From contig NC_057754.1 of NCBI RefSeq assembly GCF_004010195.1, forward strand, positions 8,465,023 to 8,529,022: a DNA stretch of 64,000 nucleotides. Reading direction: 5' to 3'. Positions within the stretch are counted from its first letter, which is position 1; each line of letters starts with the position of its first letter. Source of the stretch: Chiloscyllium plagiosum (Eukaryota). Positions 39,200 to 50,694 of this stretch are shown in pieces. Both the position numbers and the translations under genes were made by a program. The notes beneath the pieces are model-generated. The model worked only from the letters and a program-made list of their open reading frames with translations, searched no databases and was not told the origin of the DNA.

Positions 39200-40310
39200 C
39201 AACAAACCTAAGTAAAATAGCATGAACTCGGTGAGACAAGCAACTTTGCAACACAAAAGGATAATACCAGCAATCCTCTCCAAAATGCTGGCACATTGTC
39301 ATAGTCAGAAGTGCAATAAGCATCTCTCCAGCAGAAAATCAAATGTTGTCAGTGGAAATCCAACAATTCTCTCCAAAATGCCAGTTCATCGTTTAAGTCA
39401 GCGTTTCATATCAGTAAAGGCCTTAACCGGGTGAACTAAGTAACTTTGCAGCAGAAAAAGACAGAAGTTCCTTCAATTGTCTCTAAATAATCGGCCCATT
39501 GTCAGAAATGTACTACATGTCAGGGTGGCACAGTGGCTCAGTGATTAACACTGTTGCCTTATAGTGCTGGGGGCCTTGGTTCAATACTACCTTTGGGTGA
39601 CTGTGTAGATTTTGCCTGTTCTCACTGTGTCAGCATGGGGTTCCTCCAGGTGCTCCGATTTCCTCCCACAGTCCAAAGAATATGCAGGTTCGATGGATTC
39701 ACCATGCTAAATTGCCCATAATGTTCAGGGATTTGCAGGCTAGGTGAATTAGCCATTAGGCTTCCACACTGTAGGCATTCGATGTAAGTTAAGTGCATAG
39801 CTTGATAAGATAAGTAATTTTGCAAATACAAGGAATTCAGAACTTCTGACAAAAATCTCCAAAATGCTGGCACATACTGACACTCTTAGAATGATTCTTA
39901 CTGACTTAGTAATAAAAGCAATTTTGCACTTAAAAAAACCATTCCTGCAATCCTTTACAAATTGCTGTCACATTGTTGGAAACAGTAGTTCATGGCGTTA
40001 ACGAGCATAGCTCAGTGGTAAAAGGGACTTCACAGCAGAAAATCCTAAATTCTAGCAATCCTCAAAATACTGGCATCTTCTTAGAATGAGTCATACGCCT
40101 CAAGCGTGATTCCATGAGGCAAGCAACATTGCAGGAGAAGATCAGTAAATAGCAATTCTGTCCAAAATACTGGCAGGTTGTTGCAATCAAAGGTATACGC
40201 CAGTAAAGTGTGCAACTCGATGAGATAAGTAACTTCTCACAAGAAGGTCATAACTTATAACAATCCTCTCCACAATGTGAGCACCTTCTGGCTAGGCTGT
40301 GGATCAAGAG
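39200..40310. repeat. Highly degenerate ~90-100-bp tandem repeat
   Basis: Motif agcaatcctctccaaaatgctggcaca recurs at ~39268, 39362, 39475, 39850, 39947, 40055, 40152 and 40260. Confidence 0.55.
39523..39775 (+). mobile_element. V-SINE
   Basis: tRNA head plus V-domain. Confidence 0.85.
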
Positions 40311-40329
40311 CAAACAAATGTGATTAATT

Positions 40330-40695
40330 CGGAGATGCCGGTGTTGGACTGGGGTGTACAAAGTTAAAAATCACACAACACCAGGTTATAGTCCAACAGG
40401 TTTAACTGGAAGCACGCTAGCTTTCGGAGCGACGCTCCTTCATCAGGTGATTGTGGAGGGCTCGATCGTACCAGAATTTATAGCAAAAATTTGCAGTGTG
40501 ATGTAACTGAAATTATACATTGAAAAATTGATTGTAATGTATAATTTCAGTTACATCACACTGCAAATTTTTGCTATAAATTCTGTGTTACGATCGAGCC
40601 CTCCACAATCACCTGATGAAGGAGCATCGCTCCAAAAGTTAGTGTGCTCCCAATTAAACCTGTTGGACTATAACCTGGTGTTGTGTGATTTTTAA
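40330..40695. mobile_element. Penelope-like pLTR fold-back (family 3) with 14-bp TSD
   Basis: Inverted arms 40364-40521 and 40536-40695 plus a ~34-bp unpaired tail. aaatgtgattaatt occurs at 40316 and 40694. Confidence 0.85.
40414..40449 (-). ncRNA. Minimal hammerhead motif (family 3)
   Basis: Reverse complement reads cac-CTGATGA-a-ggagc gtc gctcc-GAAA-gc-TA-gcg. Confidence 0.7.
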
Positions 40696-40736
40696 ATGTG
40701 ATTAATTTAGTTTGGTGTTTGTCAGCAGAGACACAG

Positions 40737-41735
40737 GGTCATAGAGATGTACAGCACAAAAACAACCCAGTCAACTCAACTCATCCATGCTGACCAGATA
40801 TCGTAACCTAATCTGCTCCCATTTGCCAGCACTTGGCCCATATCCCTTAAACACTTCCTATTCATATATCCATCTGGATGCCTTTTAAAGCTGCAATTGT
40901 ACCAGCCTCCACCCTGGCAGCTCATTCCATATACGCACCACCCTCTGTGTGTTTCCCCCCTCACCCTAAACCTATTCCCTCCAGTTCTGGATTCCTCCAC
41001 TCCAGGGAAAAGACTTTCTCTATTTATCCTATCCATGTCCCTCATAGAGGATTATAAAATCATAAGGTTACCCTTCAGTCTCCGATGCTCCAGGGAAAAC
41101 AGCCCCAGCCTGTTCAGCCTCTCCCTGTAGTCAAATCCTCCAACCCTGGCAACATCCTTGTGAATCTTTTCTGAACCCTTTCACATTTCACAACATCCTT
41201 CCAATTGGAAGGAGACCAGAATTGCACAGAATATTCCAAAAGTGACCTAACTAATGTACTGTACAGCCACAACATGACCTCCCAACTCCTGTACTCAATA
41301 CTCTGACCAATAAAGGAAAGCATACTAAGCGCATTCTTCACTATCCTATCTACCTGTGACTCCACTTTCAAGGAGCTATGAACCTGAACTCCAAGGTCTC
41401 TTTGTTCAGCAAAGACCCAGGACCTGACTGTTAAGGGTATAAGTCCTGCTAAGATTTGTTTTTCCAAAATGCAGCATGCCACATTTATCTAAATTAAACT
41501 CCATCTGCCATTCCTCAGCCCATTGGTCCATTTGATCAAGATCACATTGTAATCTGAGGTAACCTTCTTCGCTGTCCACTACACCTCCAATTTTGGTGTC
41601 ACCTGCAAACTTACTAACTATACCTCCTATGTTCACATCCAAATCATTTATATAAATGACAAAAAGTTGTGGACCCAGCACCGATCCTTGTGGCACTCCA
41701 CTGGTCACAGGCCTCCAGTCTGAAAAACAACCCTC
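40737..41735 (-). mobile_element. CR1 RT/3' fragment
   Basis: ORF 41406-41792 GVPQGSVLGP..YINDLD..KFAGDTKIGG. Confidence 0.95.
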
Positions 41736-41849
41736 AAATGATGGGTTGAAAGTACTGTTTCTATGCTGTGTCACTCTGTGCTTAAAGTGCATAAGTCAGT
41801 GAGATCAGCAATTTTGCAGCAGAAAATCTACGATTGCTTAAAATTGAAC

Positions 41850-43605
41850 GCAGAACTTTTCAGCACAGTACAGGCCTTTCGGCCCTCGATGTTGCGCCGC
41901 CCTGTGGAACCAATCTGAAGCTCATCTAGCCTACACTATCCATTTTCATCCATATGTCTATCCAATGGCATTTAAATGGTCATTGAAGCTGATGAGTCTA
42001 CTACTGTTGCAGGCAGGCTGTTCACAACCCCTATGACTCAGTGAGTAAATAAACAACTTCTGACATCTGTTCTATATCTATCAAGCCTCAATTTAAAGCT
42101 GTGTCCCGTCATGCTAGCCATCACCATCTGAGGAGAAAGGCTCTCACTGTCCACCATATCTAAACCCCAATACGTCTCAATTTATAAACCTCTATAAGAT
42201 CATAAGGTCACTCCTCAGCCTCTGACGCTCCAACTTTCTCGCAACCTTCTCTCTAACAAAAACAGCCTCAGGTCCCTCCACCTTTCCTCAGAAGACCTTC
42301 CCTCCTTCCCTCCATACCAGGCAACATCCTAGTAAATCTCCTCTGAACCCATTCCAAAGCTTCCACGTCCTTCCTACAACGTGGTGACAAGAACTGTACG
42401 CAATACTCCAAGTGAGGCCGCACCAGAGGTTTGTACATCTGCAGCATGATCTCATAGTTCTGAAACTCAATCCCTCTACCAATAAAAGCTAACACACCAT
42501 ATGCCTTCTTAACAACCCTATCAACCTGGGTGGCAACTTTCAGGGATCTATGTACATGGACGCCGAGATCTCTCTGCTCAACTACACTACCAAGAATCTT
42601 ACCATTAGCCCAGTACTCTTTATTCCTGTTGCTCCTTCCAAAATGGACCACTTCACACTTTTCCACATTAAACTCCATTTGCCACCTCTCAGCCCAGCTC
42701 TGCAGCTTATCTATGTCCCTCTGTAACCTGCAACATCATTCTGCACTGTCCACAACTCAATCGACCTTAGAAGGATGGGTTAGTAAATTTGCAGATGATA
42801 TCAAGACCTCATCCAGGTCATTTATAAAAATCACAAACAGCATTGGCCCACAAGTAACTGAACTCCAGGATGAATATTTCCCATCAACCACCACTCTCTG
42901 TCTTCTTTCAGCTAGCCAATTTCTTATCCAAACTACTAATCACCTTCAATCCTATGCCTTCGTATTTTGTGCAATAGTCTACTGTAGGGAACCTTATCAA
43001 ACGCTTTACTGAAATCCATATACACCACATCAACCACTTGACCCTCATCCAACTGTTTAAGAAGGTGATCAAAGAACTCAATAAGGTTTGTGAGGCATGA
43101 CATACTCTTCACAAAACCATGTTGAATATCCCTAATCAACTTATTCCTTTCTAGATGATTATATATCCTGTCTCTTATAGACCAGTGAAACTTACTTCAG
43201 TTGTGCGTAAAGTGTTGGAAAAAGTTATAATTATCGAAGTTGTCTCTACTCCCCTTCTTGAACAAGGGAACATTTGCTATCCTCCAGCCTTCTGGAACTA
43301 TTCCTTTATGTCATGATTGCCTAAAGATCAAAGTCAAAGGCTTTGCAATCTCCTGCCTGGCTTCCCTGAGAATCCTAAGATAAATCCCATCCAGCCCAGG
43401 GGACTTATCTATTCTCACACTTCCCAGAATTGCTGACACCTCCTCCTTGTGAACCTCAATCCCATCTAGTCTAGTCGCCTGTATCTCAGTAGTCTTCTCA
43501 ACAACATTGTCTTTTTCAGTGTGAATACTGGTGAAAAATATTCATTTCATGCTTCCCTATCTCCTCTGACTCCACGAACAACTTCCCACTACTATCATTG
43601 AGTGG
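41850..43605 (-). mobile_element. CR1 RT fragment (second subfamily)
   Basis: ORFs 42936-43139 (QHGF..SCLTNLIEFF..YMDFSKAFDKV) and 42268-42678. Confidence 0.95.
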
Positions 43606-43732
43606 CCCTAAACTTAAGAGGTGTAATTTGTCCTTCTTTTTTGAAGAGAGTTTTTAAGTTAGAGGTCTCGAGCTATCTATTGAAACTCTTTTTAAAAATC
43701 CTCAAAGCTTCACAAGTTGTTTATAAGTCGAA

Positions 43733-44031
43733 ACGGCACGGTGGCTCAATGGTTAGCCCTGCTGCCTCACAGCACCAGAGACCCAGGTTCAATTCCTGCC
43801 TCAGGCAACTGACTGTGTGGAGTTTGCACATTCTCCCTGTGTCTGCATGGATTTCCTCTGGGTGCTCTGGTTTCCTCCCACAGTCCAAAAATGTGTAGGT
43901 TAGGTGAATTGGCCATGCTAAAAATTGCCCGTAGTGTTAGGTTTAGGGCAATGCGTCTGGCTAGGTGGTGGGTCGGTGTGGACTTGTTGGGCCAAAGGGC
44001 CTGTTTCCACACTGTAAGTAATCTAATCTAA
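43733..44031 (+). mobile_element. V-SINE
   Basis: Head, V-domain and taatc tail. Confidence 0.9.
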
Positions 44032-44454
44032 AGTAGCCTGAATGGGTGTGATCAAGTTCCCACCAAACCAGGATTTTTAATTTTAGTTTTCAGTTGCTGG
44101 GGTTCAGCAGGGTTCGGAAGCTGCAGTACATCCCTTCCTCCTACACTTCCTTTGAGGTTTCTCTTGGTGTTTCCTGCTGCTGGAGCTGCATGTGAGACAA
44201 TTTGATTTTCTGAATTTGCCTTTGTCAAGGGCGTGTTTATGATATGTTATAGTGTTGGAACAGTTAATTAGAAATAGTTGCTGTATCAATCATTTTATTA
44301 AGCATTTCGACAGAATTACAGCTAAGCCAATTCTTTATTGTTTTCATTTGTTGTATTTTGCCTTTTCTTTAGTGTATCAATAAAGTGTGTTTTGCTTATA
44401 GCCGGTAGTTTGACCAATCAAATTGCACCAGGACAGCAACATAAGACACTTAAT

Positions 44455-45255
44455 GAATGTAGCTTTGCTCACTGAGCTGGAAGGTTCATTTCCAGATGTT
44501 TCATCACCCTACTAGCTAACATCTTCAGTGACCCTCCAAATGAAGCACTGGTGGTGCAGCCCACTTTCTATTTATATATTTGGGTTTCCTTAGGTTGGTG
44601 ATGTCATTTTATGTAGTGATGTCGTTTCCTGTTCTTTTTCTCAGAAGGTGGTAAATGGGATCCAAGTCAATATGTTTGTTGATCTTCTCAAAACTCGCCA
44701 TATTACACTTAACTGTAAAATGAGCAACATTTAGGGTCTAGAGCTGAAAATATGTTGCTGGAAAAGCGCAGCAGGTCAGGCAGCATCCAAGGAACAGGAG
44801 AATCGACATCACCCTACTAGCTAACATCTTCAGTGACCCTCCAAATGAAGCACTGGTGGTGCAGCCCGCTTTCTATTTATATATTTGGGTTTCCTTAGGT
44901 TGGTGATGTCATTTTATGTAGTGATGTCATTTCCTGTTCTTTTTCTCAGAGGGTGGTAAATGGGATCCAAGTCAATGTGTTTGTTGATCTTCTCAAAACT
45001 CGCCATATTATAGTTAACTGTAAAATGAGCAACATTTAGGGTCTAGAGCTGAAAATGTGTTGCTGGAAAAGCGCAGCAGGTCAGGCAGCATCCAAGGAAC
45101 AGGAGAATCGAAGTTTCGGCCATAAGCCCTTCTTCAGGAATGGCTTATGCCCGAAATGTCGATTCTCCTGTTCCTTGGATGCTGCCTGACCTGCGCTTTT
45201 CCAGCAACACATTTTCAGCTCTGATCTCCAGCATCTGCAGCCCTCACTTTCTCTC
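44455..45255. mobile_element. Poseidon pLTR plus Neptune fold-back pLTR, with 305-bp tandem duplication
   Basis: 44502-44806 is repeated at 44807-45111. The Neptune inverted pair spans ~45046-45255. Confidence 0.85.
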
Positions 45256-45812
45256 AAACATTTAGGATCTAGGCTATCTCCTTAATATATATTGAGGTTG
45301 TTTGCTCTGGTCCCCAAATTGATGAATTAATTCATTTACTTATTCAATGATTCAGTCTTTCCATCCATCCATCCATTCATTCATTCCTCCAGAGCTCACC
45401 TAGAATGAAAACCTCTAACTCCAGGTTGGGTTTAGGATTATTGGACTCAAAGGTGGTGAGTGTTAACTTTTTAAATATATTTCAGGTGTTGAATTCAGTT
45501 AGTTTAGGTGGAGTTTCCTTGGGGGTGGAAGAAGTCACTTTGAGAGTTTAACAGAAAGTGAACCCGGCAAAGCTTTTGGAATTGCGTTATGAACCAAACC
45601 AGAACCCCTCAAAACACATTTGAAGAAGGTAGCCTAGACCCTGACATTTTTTTGTTTCAAATGTAAAAGTGAGGTGCTGTATCATCTGGTTTTGGCACCA
45701 TGATGATGGGTGAGCTCCAGTCACTGCAACTCACTCCAATTATATTGTCTTTGAACATATGTTTAATCTCCTTTTGAACCTGTGCCAACTTTCGAGAGCT
45801 AAGATTCCTACT

Positions 45813-46147
45813 GGGGACGTGATGGCCTAGTGGTATTATCGCTGGACTGTTAATCCAGCGACCCACTTAATGTTCTGGGGGCCTGGGTTCAAATCCCACC
45901 ATGGAAGATGATCAAATTTCAATTCCATAAAAGAACTGGAATTGAAAATCCAATGATGACTGTGAATCAATTGTCAGGGCAAGCTCATTTGGGTCACTAA
46001 TGTCCTTTCTGGATGGAAATTGCCATCCTTACCTGGTCTGGCCTACATGTGACTCCAGACTCACAGCTGTGTGGCTGACTCTTAAATGCCCCATGGGCAA
46101 TAGTTGCTGCTGAGTCAGTGATGCTTTCATCCTGAGAATGAATAAAT
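45813..46147 (+). mobile_element. tRNA-derived SINE family B, near full length
   Basis: A box tggcctagtgg, B box ggttcaaatcc, LINE-like tail catcctgagaatgaataaa. Confidence 0.85.
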
Positions 46148-46329
46148 AGACTTTCCAGTGTTTTCCACACATCTCCTCATGAGATTAATAATTATTTCAG
46201 AGCATTTCGATTTTCTCTGAAATGTAACTCAGCAATTTATCCCAATTTTTGAGAACTTCCTCTTGTCCAATTTAGTATGAGGAATGTCCAATTCAGAATC
46301 ATCTGAACTTGATTCATCACTTGTGTTGT

Positions 46330-47293
46330 AACAAAGTGATGATGCTGTGGCCTTAAGAGGTATATTTTGTACTGGTTTCTGTTGAGAGAGATGCTGAGCA
46401 TGAGGCAATGTAAATATCTTGTAGGGCCTTGGGATTTTCTTTTAAAGTTGGAACAATGGAAGCAGTCTGGATTGGTGTGGCCAGCTGTCACAGACCAAGA
46501 TTTCTGGGTCTTATCTAATTGTTAGATTTGGCAAACGCTGCTGGAGTTTTACAATGGAATAGAATCCCTACAGTGTGGAAACGGGCCCTTTGGTCCAACA
46601 AGTCCACACCAACCCTCCAAAGAGTAACCCACCCGGACCCATTCCCCTACATTTACCACTGACTAATGCACCTAACCTATGCATCCCTGAACACTATGAG
46701 TCATTTAGCATGGCCAATTCATCCTAACCTACACGTCTTTGGAAAGAAACCGGAGCACCCAGAGGAAACCCATGCGGACACAGGGAGAATGTGCAAACTC
46801 CACACAGACAGTTGCCTGAGGTTGGAATTGAACTCAGGTCCCTGGTGCTGTGAGGCAGCAGTGCTAACCACTGAGCTACCATGCGAAGGAATAGAAGCTA
46901 TTTTTCCCTCTCTCTCTCTGTTATAGATGGAACCTGGAGCTTCTCTTCTGACTGCAAGAGTTGCTTGTGAGAAAATCTGATTTTTGAATTTGCCTTTTCA
47001 CCAAAGGGTGTATTTATGGTATGTTACTGTATTGGAACAGTTAGTTAATAATAGTTACCGAATCTACCATTCTGTAAAGTTTTCCAAAAGAGTTTTTATT
47101 CTAAGTTATTCTTTCTTTTGGTATACTTGAACTACAGAGTTTGGATAACTTGTGTTTTGTTTAACATCAAGTAGTTTGAAAAATTGAATTGTATCTGGAA
47201 CACAGCGCTTTACAGTTGCTGTTAAAATAAGACAAAGTTAGGGTCAAGGCTACCTTGTTCAAACATTTCAAGAGGTTCTGTCTGGTCCATAAC
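46330..47293 (+). mobile_element. Solo LTR of the Gmr1-like family, with nested V-SINE (46555-46885, minus strand)
   Basis: Ends ...ggtccataaCA; homologous to 43605-45315 and to the reverse complement of 54733-54895; sits between IN and RT. Confidence 0.7.
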
Positions 47294-48658
47294 ACAAGTA
47301 GCACACTCTCCTTTTGTTTTCCTTCCTATCAAATGCCTTTTGAGCATATTCACATGCCATACTCTGAGATTTCTTTCTGTCTGGAGTTCTTAATAAGTAA
47401 TAAGTCCTTTTGATTTGATAGTCCGTAGTAAATTTTGCTTTTAAAAGTTCACCTTCCATGGGTGGATCACTTTATCTCCATGAGTAAAATTGTGATGTTT
47501 TGATTGACTTTCTGCCTCCTGTTTCATCACATGCTGTGCTATTTTCAAATGCTGTCCAGTCAACTCACCCACTCTATTTAATCTTTCCCTAAAATTAGGC
47601 ACGCAGTCAAAATATGTAGTCACCGATCTCTGACTCACCAATTCCTCCTTAATTAATGTCAGTGGTTCTCTCACCTCATGCACAAAAATTAAATCAAAAT
47701 GGACTGATTTTGGTAGATTCATTAGGTTGCAAATATTTAGTAGCTTCATTAATTGCAAAATGTACAAATTGAATTCCTTTATCCCAAACCTCTGGACAAA
47801 TCTTGATTAAAGATCATGTTGAGACTTATAATGTTATAATGTTTGATGTCGCCATTCTAATGCTTCCTGTAATTCTCGATGGTGTGCAGTGGATTGAATT
47901 TTTTTACTCCCAGGGTATCCACAATTTCCTTGAATAATGTTGATGTAAAATTTGACCCTTGATCTGATCGTATCTCTGTGCATAGTCTGTATCTGATAAA
48001 AAAAATTGAGTAACTCTTCTACAATGCTTTTAGCTGTCACCCTGCTTAGTGAAATGGCCTCTGAAAAGCTATTGGACACATCCATCATGGTCAACGAAAT
48101 CTGAGTCCCACTTTTTTTGGTTTAGGGAGGGGTTCTGTCCAATCAATTAAGACCCTTGTAAAAGGTTCCTCAAATGCTGGAATCAGTATTAAAGGTCTTG
48201 GTTTTATCACCTCCTGGAGTTTTCCAATTACCTGACACGTATTACATGTCTGGCAAAATTCAACCACATCTGCACGCAGCCCAGGTGGTTATAAAAGCTT
48301 TTTGTATTTTGGCCTGAGTTTTTCTTTCTCCCAAATGATCTTCTAATGATCATTCATGTTGTACCCTCAGCATCTCCTTTCTGTAACCCACCGTTAATGT
48401 AACTTGAGGAAATGGAGACCATCACATTTTCTGTTGGATGAGGAATGGGCAGAAGGTCATCATCAAGATTTTGTTTCTCAGATAGTAACATTCTGGGATA
48501 CACTCAAATTCTTCTTCTGTGTATACTATTGATACAGTTGCTGTAGTTTTTCATCTTTCTGTTGTATTCACTGAATGAAAAATATCCTTCACTTTGTCCT
48601 TCGTCTGTTCTTTTTTTCTCTCTCAATCATTTGATCAGACATAGTTATACTTCAACTT

Positions 48659-49068
48659 GGAGAAAGTGAGGACTGCAGATGCTGGAGATCAGAGCTGAAA
48701 ATGTGTTGCTGGAAAAGCGCAGCAGGTCAGGCAGCATCCAAGGAGCAGGAGAATCGACGTTTCGGGCATGAGCCCTTCTTCAGGAATGAGGAAAGTGGGC
48801 CAAGCAGGCTAAGATAAAAGGTAGGGAGGAGGGACTTGGGGGAGGGGCGTTGGGAATGCGATAGGTGGAAGGAGGTTAACGTGAGGGTGATAGGCTGGAG
48901 AGGGGGTGGGGGCGGAGAGGTCGGGAAGAAGATTGCAGGTGAAGAAGGCGGTGCTGAGTCTGAGGCTGAAATGTTCCGCAAGTAGGCGGCCTGTCTCCCC
49001 AATATAGAGGAGGCCACATCAGGTGCAGCGGATGTAGTAAATGATGTGTGTGGAGGTGCAAGTGAATT
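48659..49068 (-). mobile_element. Neptune Penelope fragment (GIY-YIG part plus pLTR)
   Basis: Reverse-complement FTCTSTHIIYYIRCT*CGLLYIGETGRLLAE, with the pLTR to 48659. Confidence 0.9.
48752..48787 (-). ncRNA. Minimal type I hammerhead motif (Neptune pLTR), intact
   Basis: Reverse complement reads attc-CTGAAGA-a-gggc tcat gccc-GAAA-cg-TC-gatt. Confidence 0.75.
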
Positions 49069-49371
49069 CGTATTATTCAACTTCCCTATCAGAGACTACA
49101 TTTATTCTTTGATTTCTCCTTCAACCTGTGGCTTTGCGACCTCGTTACCACACAGTCAGGAAAAACCCCAGCATATACTTCCGATAATACCTCCAGTTGC
49201 CTGAGTCTCCACTGACGTTTCAACCCATCTATGATCCAGCCATATCATTACCAAGGATAAACTGTATTCCTGGAACCGAGAGTTTCTCTATTACTCCTAC
49301 CACCACTTCTTCTGGTGTTACAACTTCTGAATTACCTCTTTTCATCTCTCACTATCAAAGATTGACTTACT

Positions 49372-49700
49372 GTCATAGAGTCATAGAGATGTACAGCATA
49401 GAATCAGACCCCTCGGTCCAACCCTTCCATGCCAACCAGATATCCAAACCCAATCTACACCCACCTGCCAGCACCGGGACCATATCCCTCCAAACCCTTC
49501 CTATTCATATACCCATCCAATTGCCTCTTAAATGTTACAATTGTACCAGCCTCCACCTCTGATAGCTCATTTCATACCCATGTGAAATGCTTGCACCTTA
49601 GGTCTCTTTTATATCTTTCCCCTCTCACCCTAAACCTATGCCCTCTAGTTCTGGACTCCCTGATCCCAGGGAAAAAACTTTGCCTAGTTACCCTATCCAT
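49372..49700 (-). mobile_element. CR1 3' fragment inserted in the Gypsy protease region
   Basis: Reverse-complement CR1 3' UTR with tctatgac tail. Confidence 0.9.
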
Positions 49701-49767
49701 TGTTTAAAATTACAATAGCTTTACCTATTCCTCTGGGCATACATGAATAAATGTTACTCACAAGTAA

Positions 49768-50075
49768 ATTAGATTCCCTACAGTATGGAAACAGGCCCTT
49801 CGGCCCAACAAGTCCACACCAACCCTCCGAAGAGCAACCCACCCAGATCCATTCCCCTGCCCTATATATACCCTTGACTAATGCGCCCAACACCATGGAC
49901 AACTTAGCCTGGCCAATTCACCTGACCAGCACATCTTTGAACTGTGGGAAGAAACCCACGCAGGCACAGGGAAAATGTGCAAAGTCCACACATAGAGTCG
50001 CCTGAGGTGGGTATTGAACCCAGGTGCCTGGCTCTGTGAGGCAGCAGTGCTAACCACTGAGCCATCGTGCCGCCC
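49768..50075 (-). mobile_element. V-SINE
   Basis: Reverse-complement head (gccatcgtgccgccc), V-domain and tail. Confidence 0.9.
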
Positions 50076-50366
50076 CATTCTTTGAAGAGATCTCGCGATT
50101 TCTTCTCCCCCAAACCTGACCGGGTTGTACGTACTTTTGCAGCTTTGTAGTTTTCCCCATCCTTTCCTTTACCACTTCAACAAAGCTCACCGACATTTCC
50201 TGTTCTCCCCCATCCGTCTTCCCAGTGCTTTTTCTAACCCACCAACACTCCAATTTCATGTGGCCTACTTTATTGCTATGGAAACACCCGTGCTTTTTTT
50301 TCACTTCTCTCATGGGTTTCCTTTTTACCCTGCGGTAAACTACCTTTATTGTCTTCGATGAGATCT

Positions 50367-50694
50367 AGGAGAAAGTGAGGACTGCAGATGCTGGAGATCA
50401 GAGTCGAGAGCGCGGTTCAGTCCGCCAGGGATAGAAATTTGGGAAAAGAGAAATCCTCAGATGGTAAGGGAAAAGGAGATCTCATTGAAGTCGAGAGTAT
50501 GGTGCTGGAAAAGCACAGCCGGTCAGGCAGCATCCCAGGAGCAGGAGAATCAACATTTCGGGCTTAAGCCCTTCATCAGGAATCATTCCTGATGATAAAG
50601 CTTCCTGATGAAGGGCTTATGCTCTAAACATCGATTCTCCTGCTCCTCGGATGCTGCCTGACCTGCTGTGCTTTTCCAGCACCATACTCTCGAC
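50367..50694. mobile_element. Neptune pLTR fold-back inserted in gag, 13-bp TSD
   Basis: ttcgatgagatct at 50354 and ttcaatgagatct at 50695; inverted pLTR arms. Confidence 0.85.

Larger units (their letters stand above)
43605..45585 (+). mobile_element. Gmr1-like LTR, leader and gag start (second, truncated copy) with nested SINE and Penelope insertions
   Basis: LTR homologous to 46330-47293, ending near 45315; leader homologous to the reverse complement of 54620-54730; gag N-terminus FLGVEEVT..KLLEL at ~45515-45585. Confidence 0.65.

Noticed and set aside
45813..45900. tRNA gene (also the heads of V-SINEs)
   Set aside because: The A and B boxes run straight into SINE bodies, with no complete cloverleaf.
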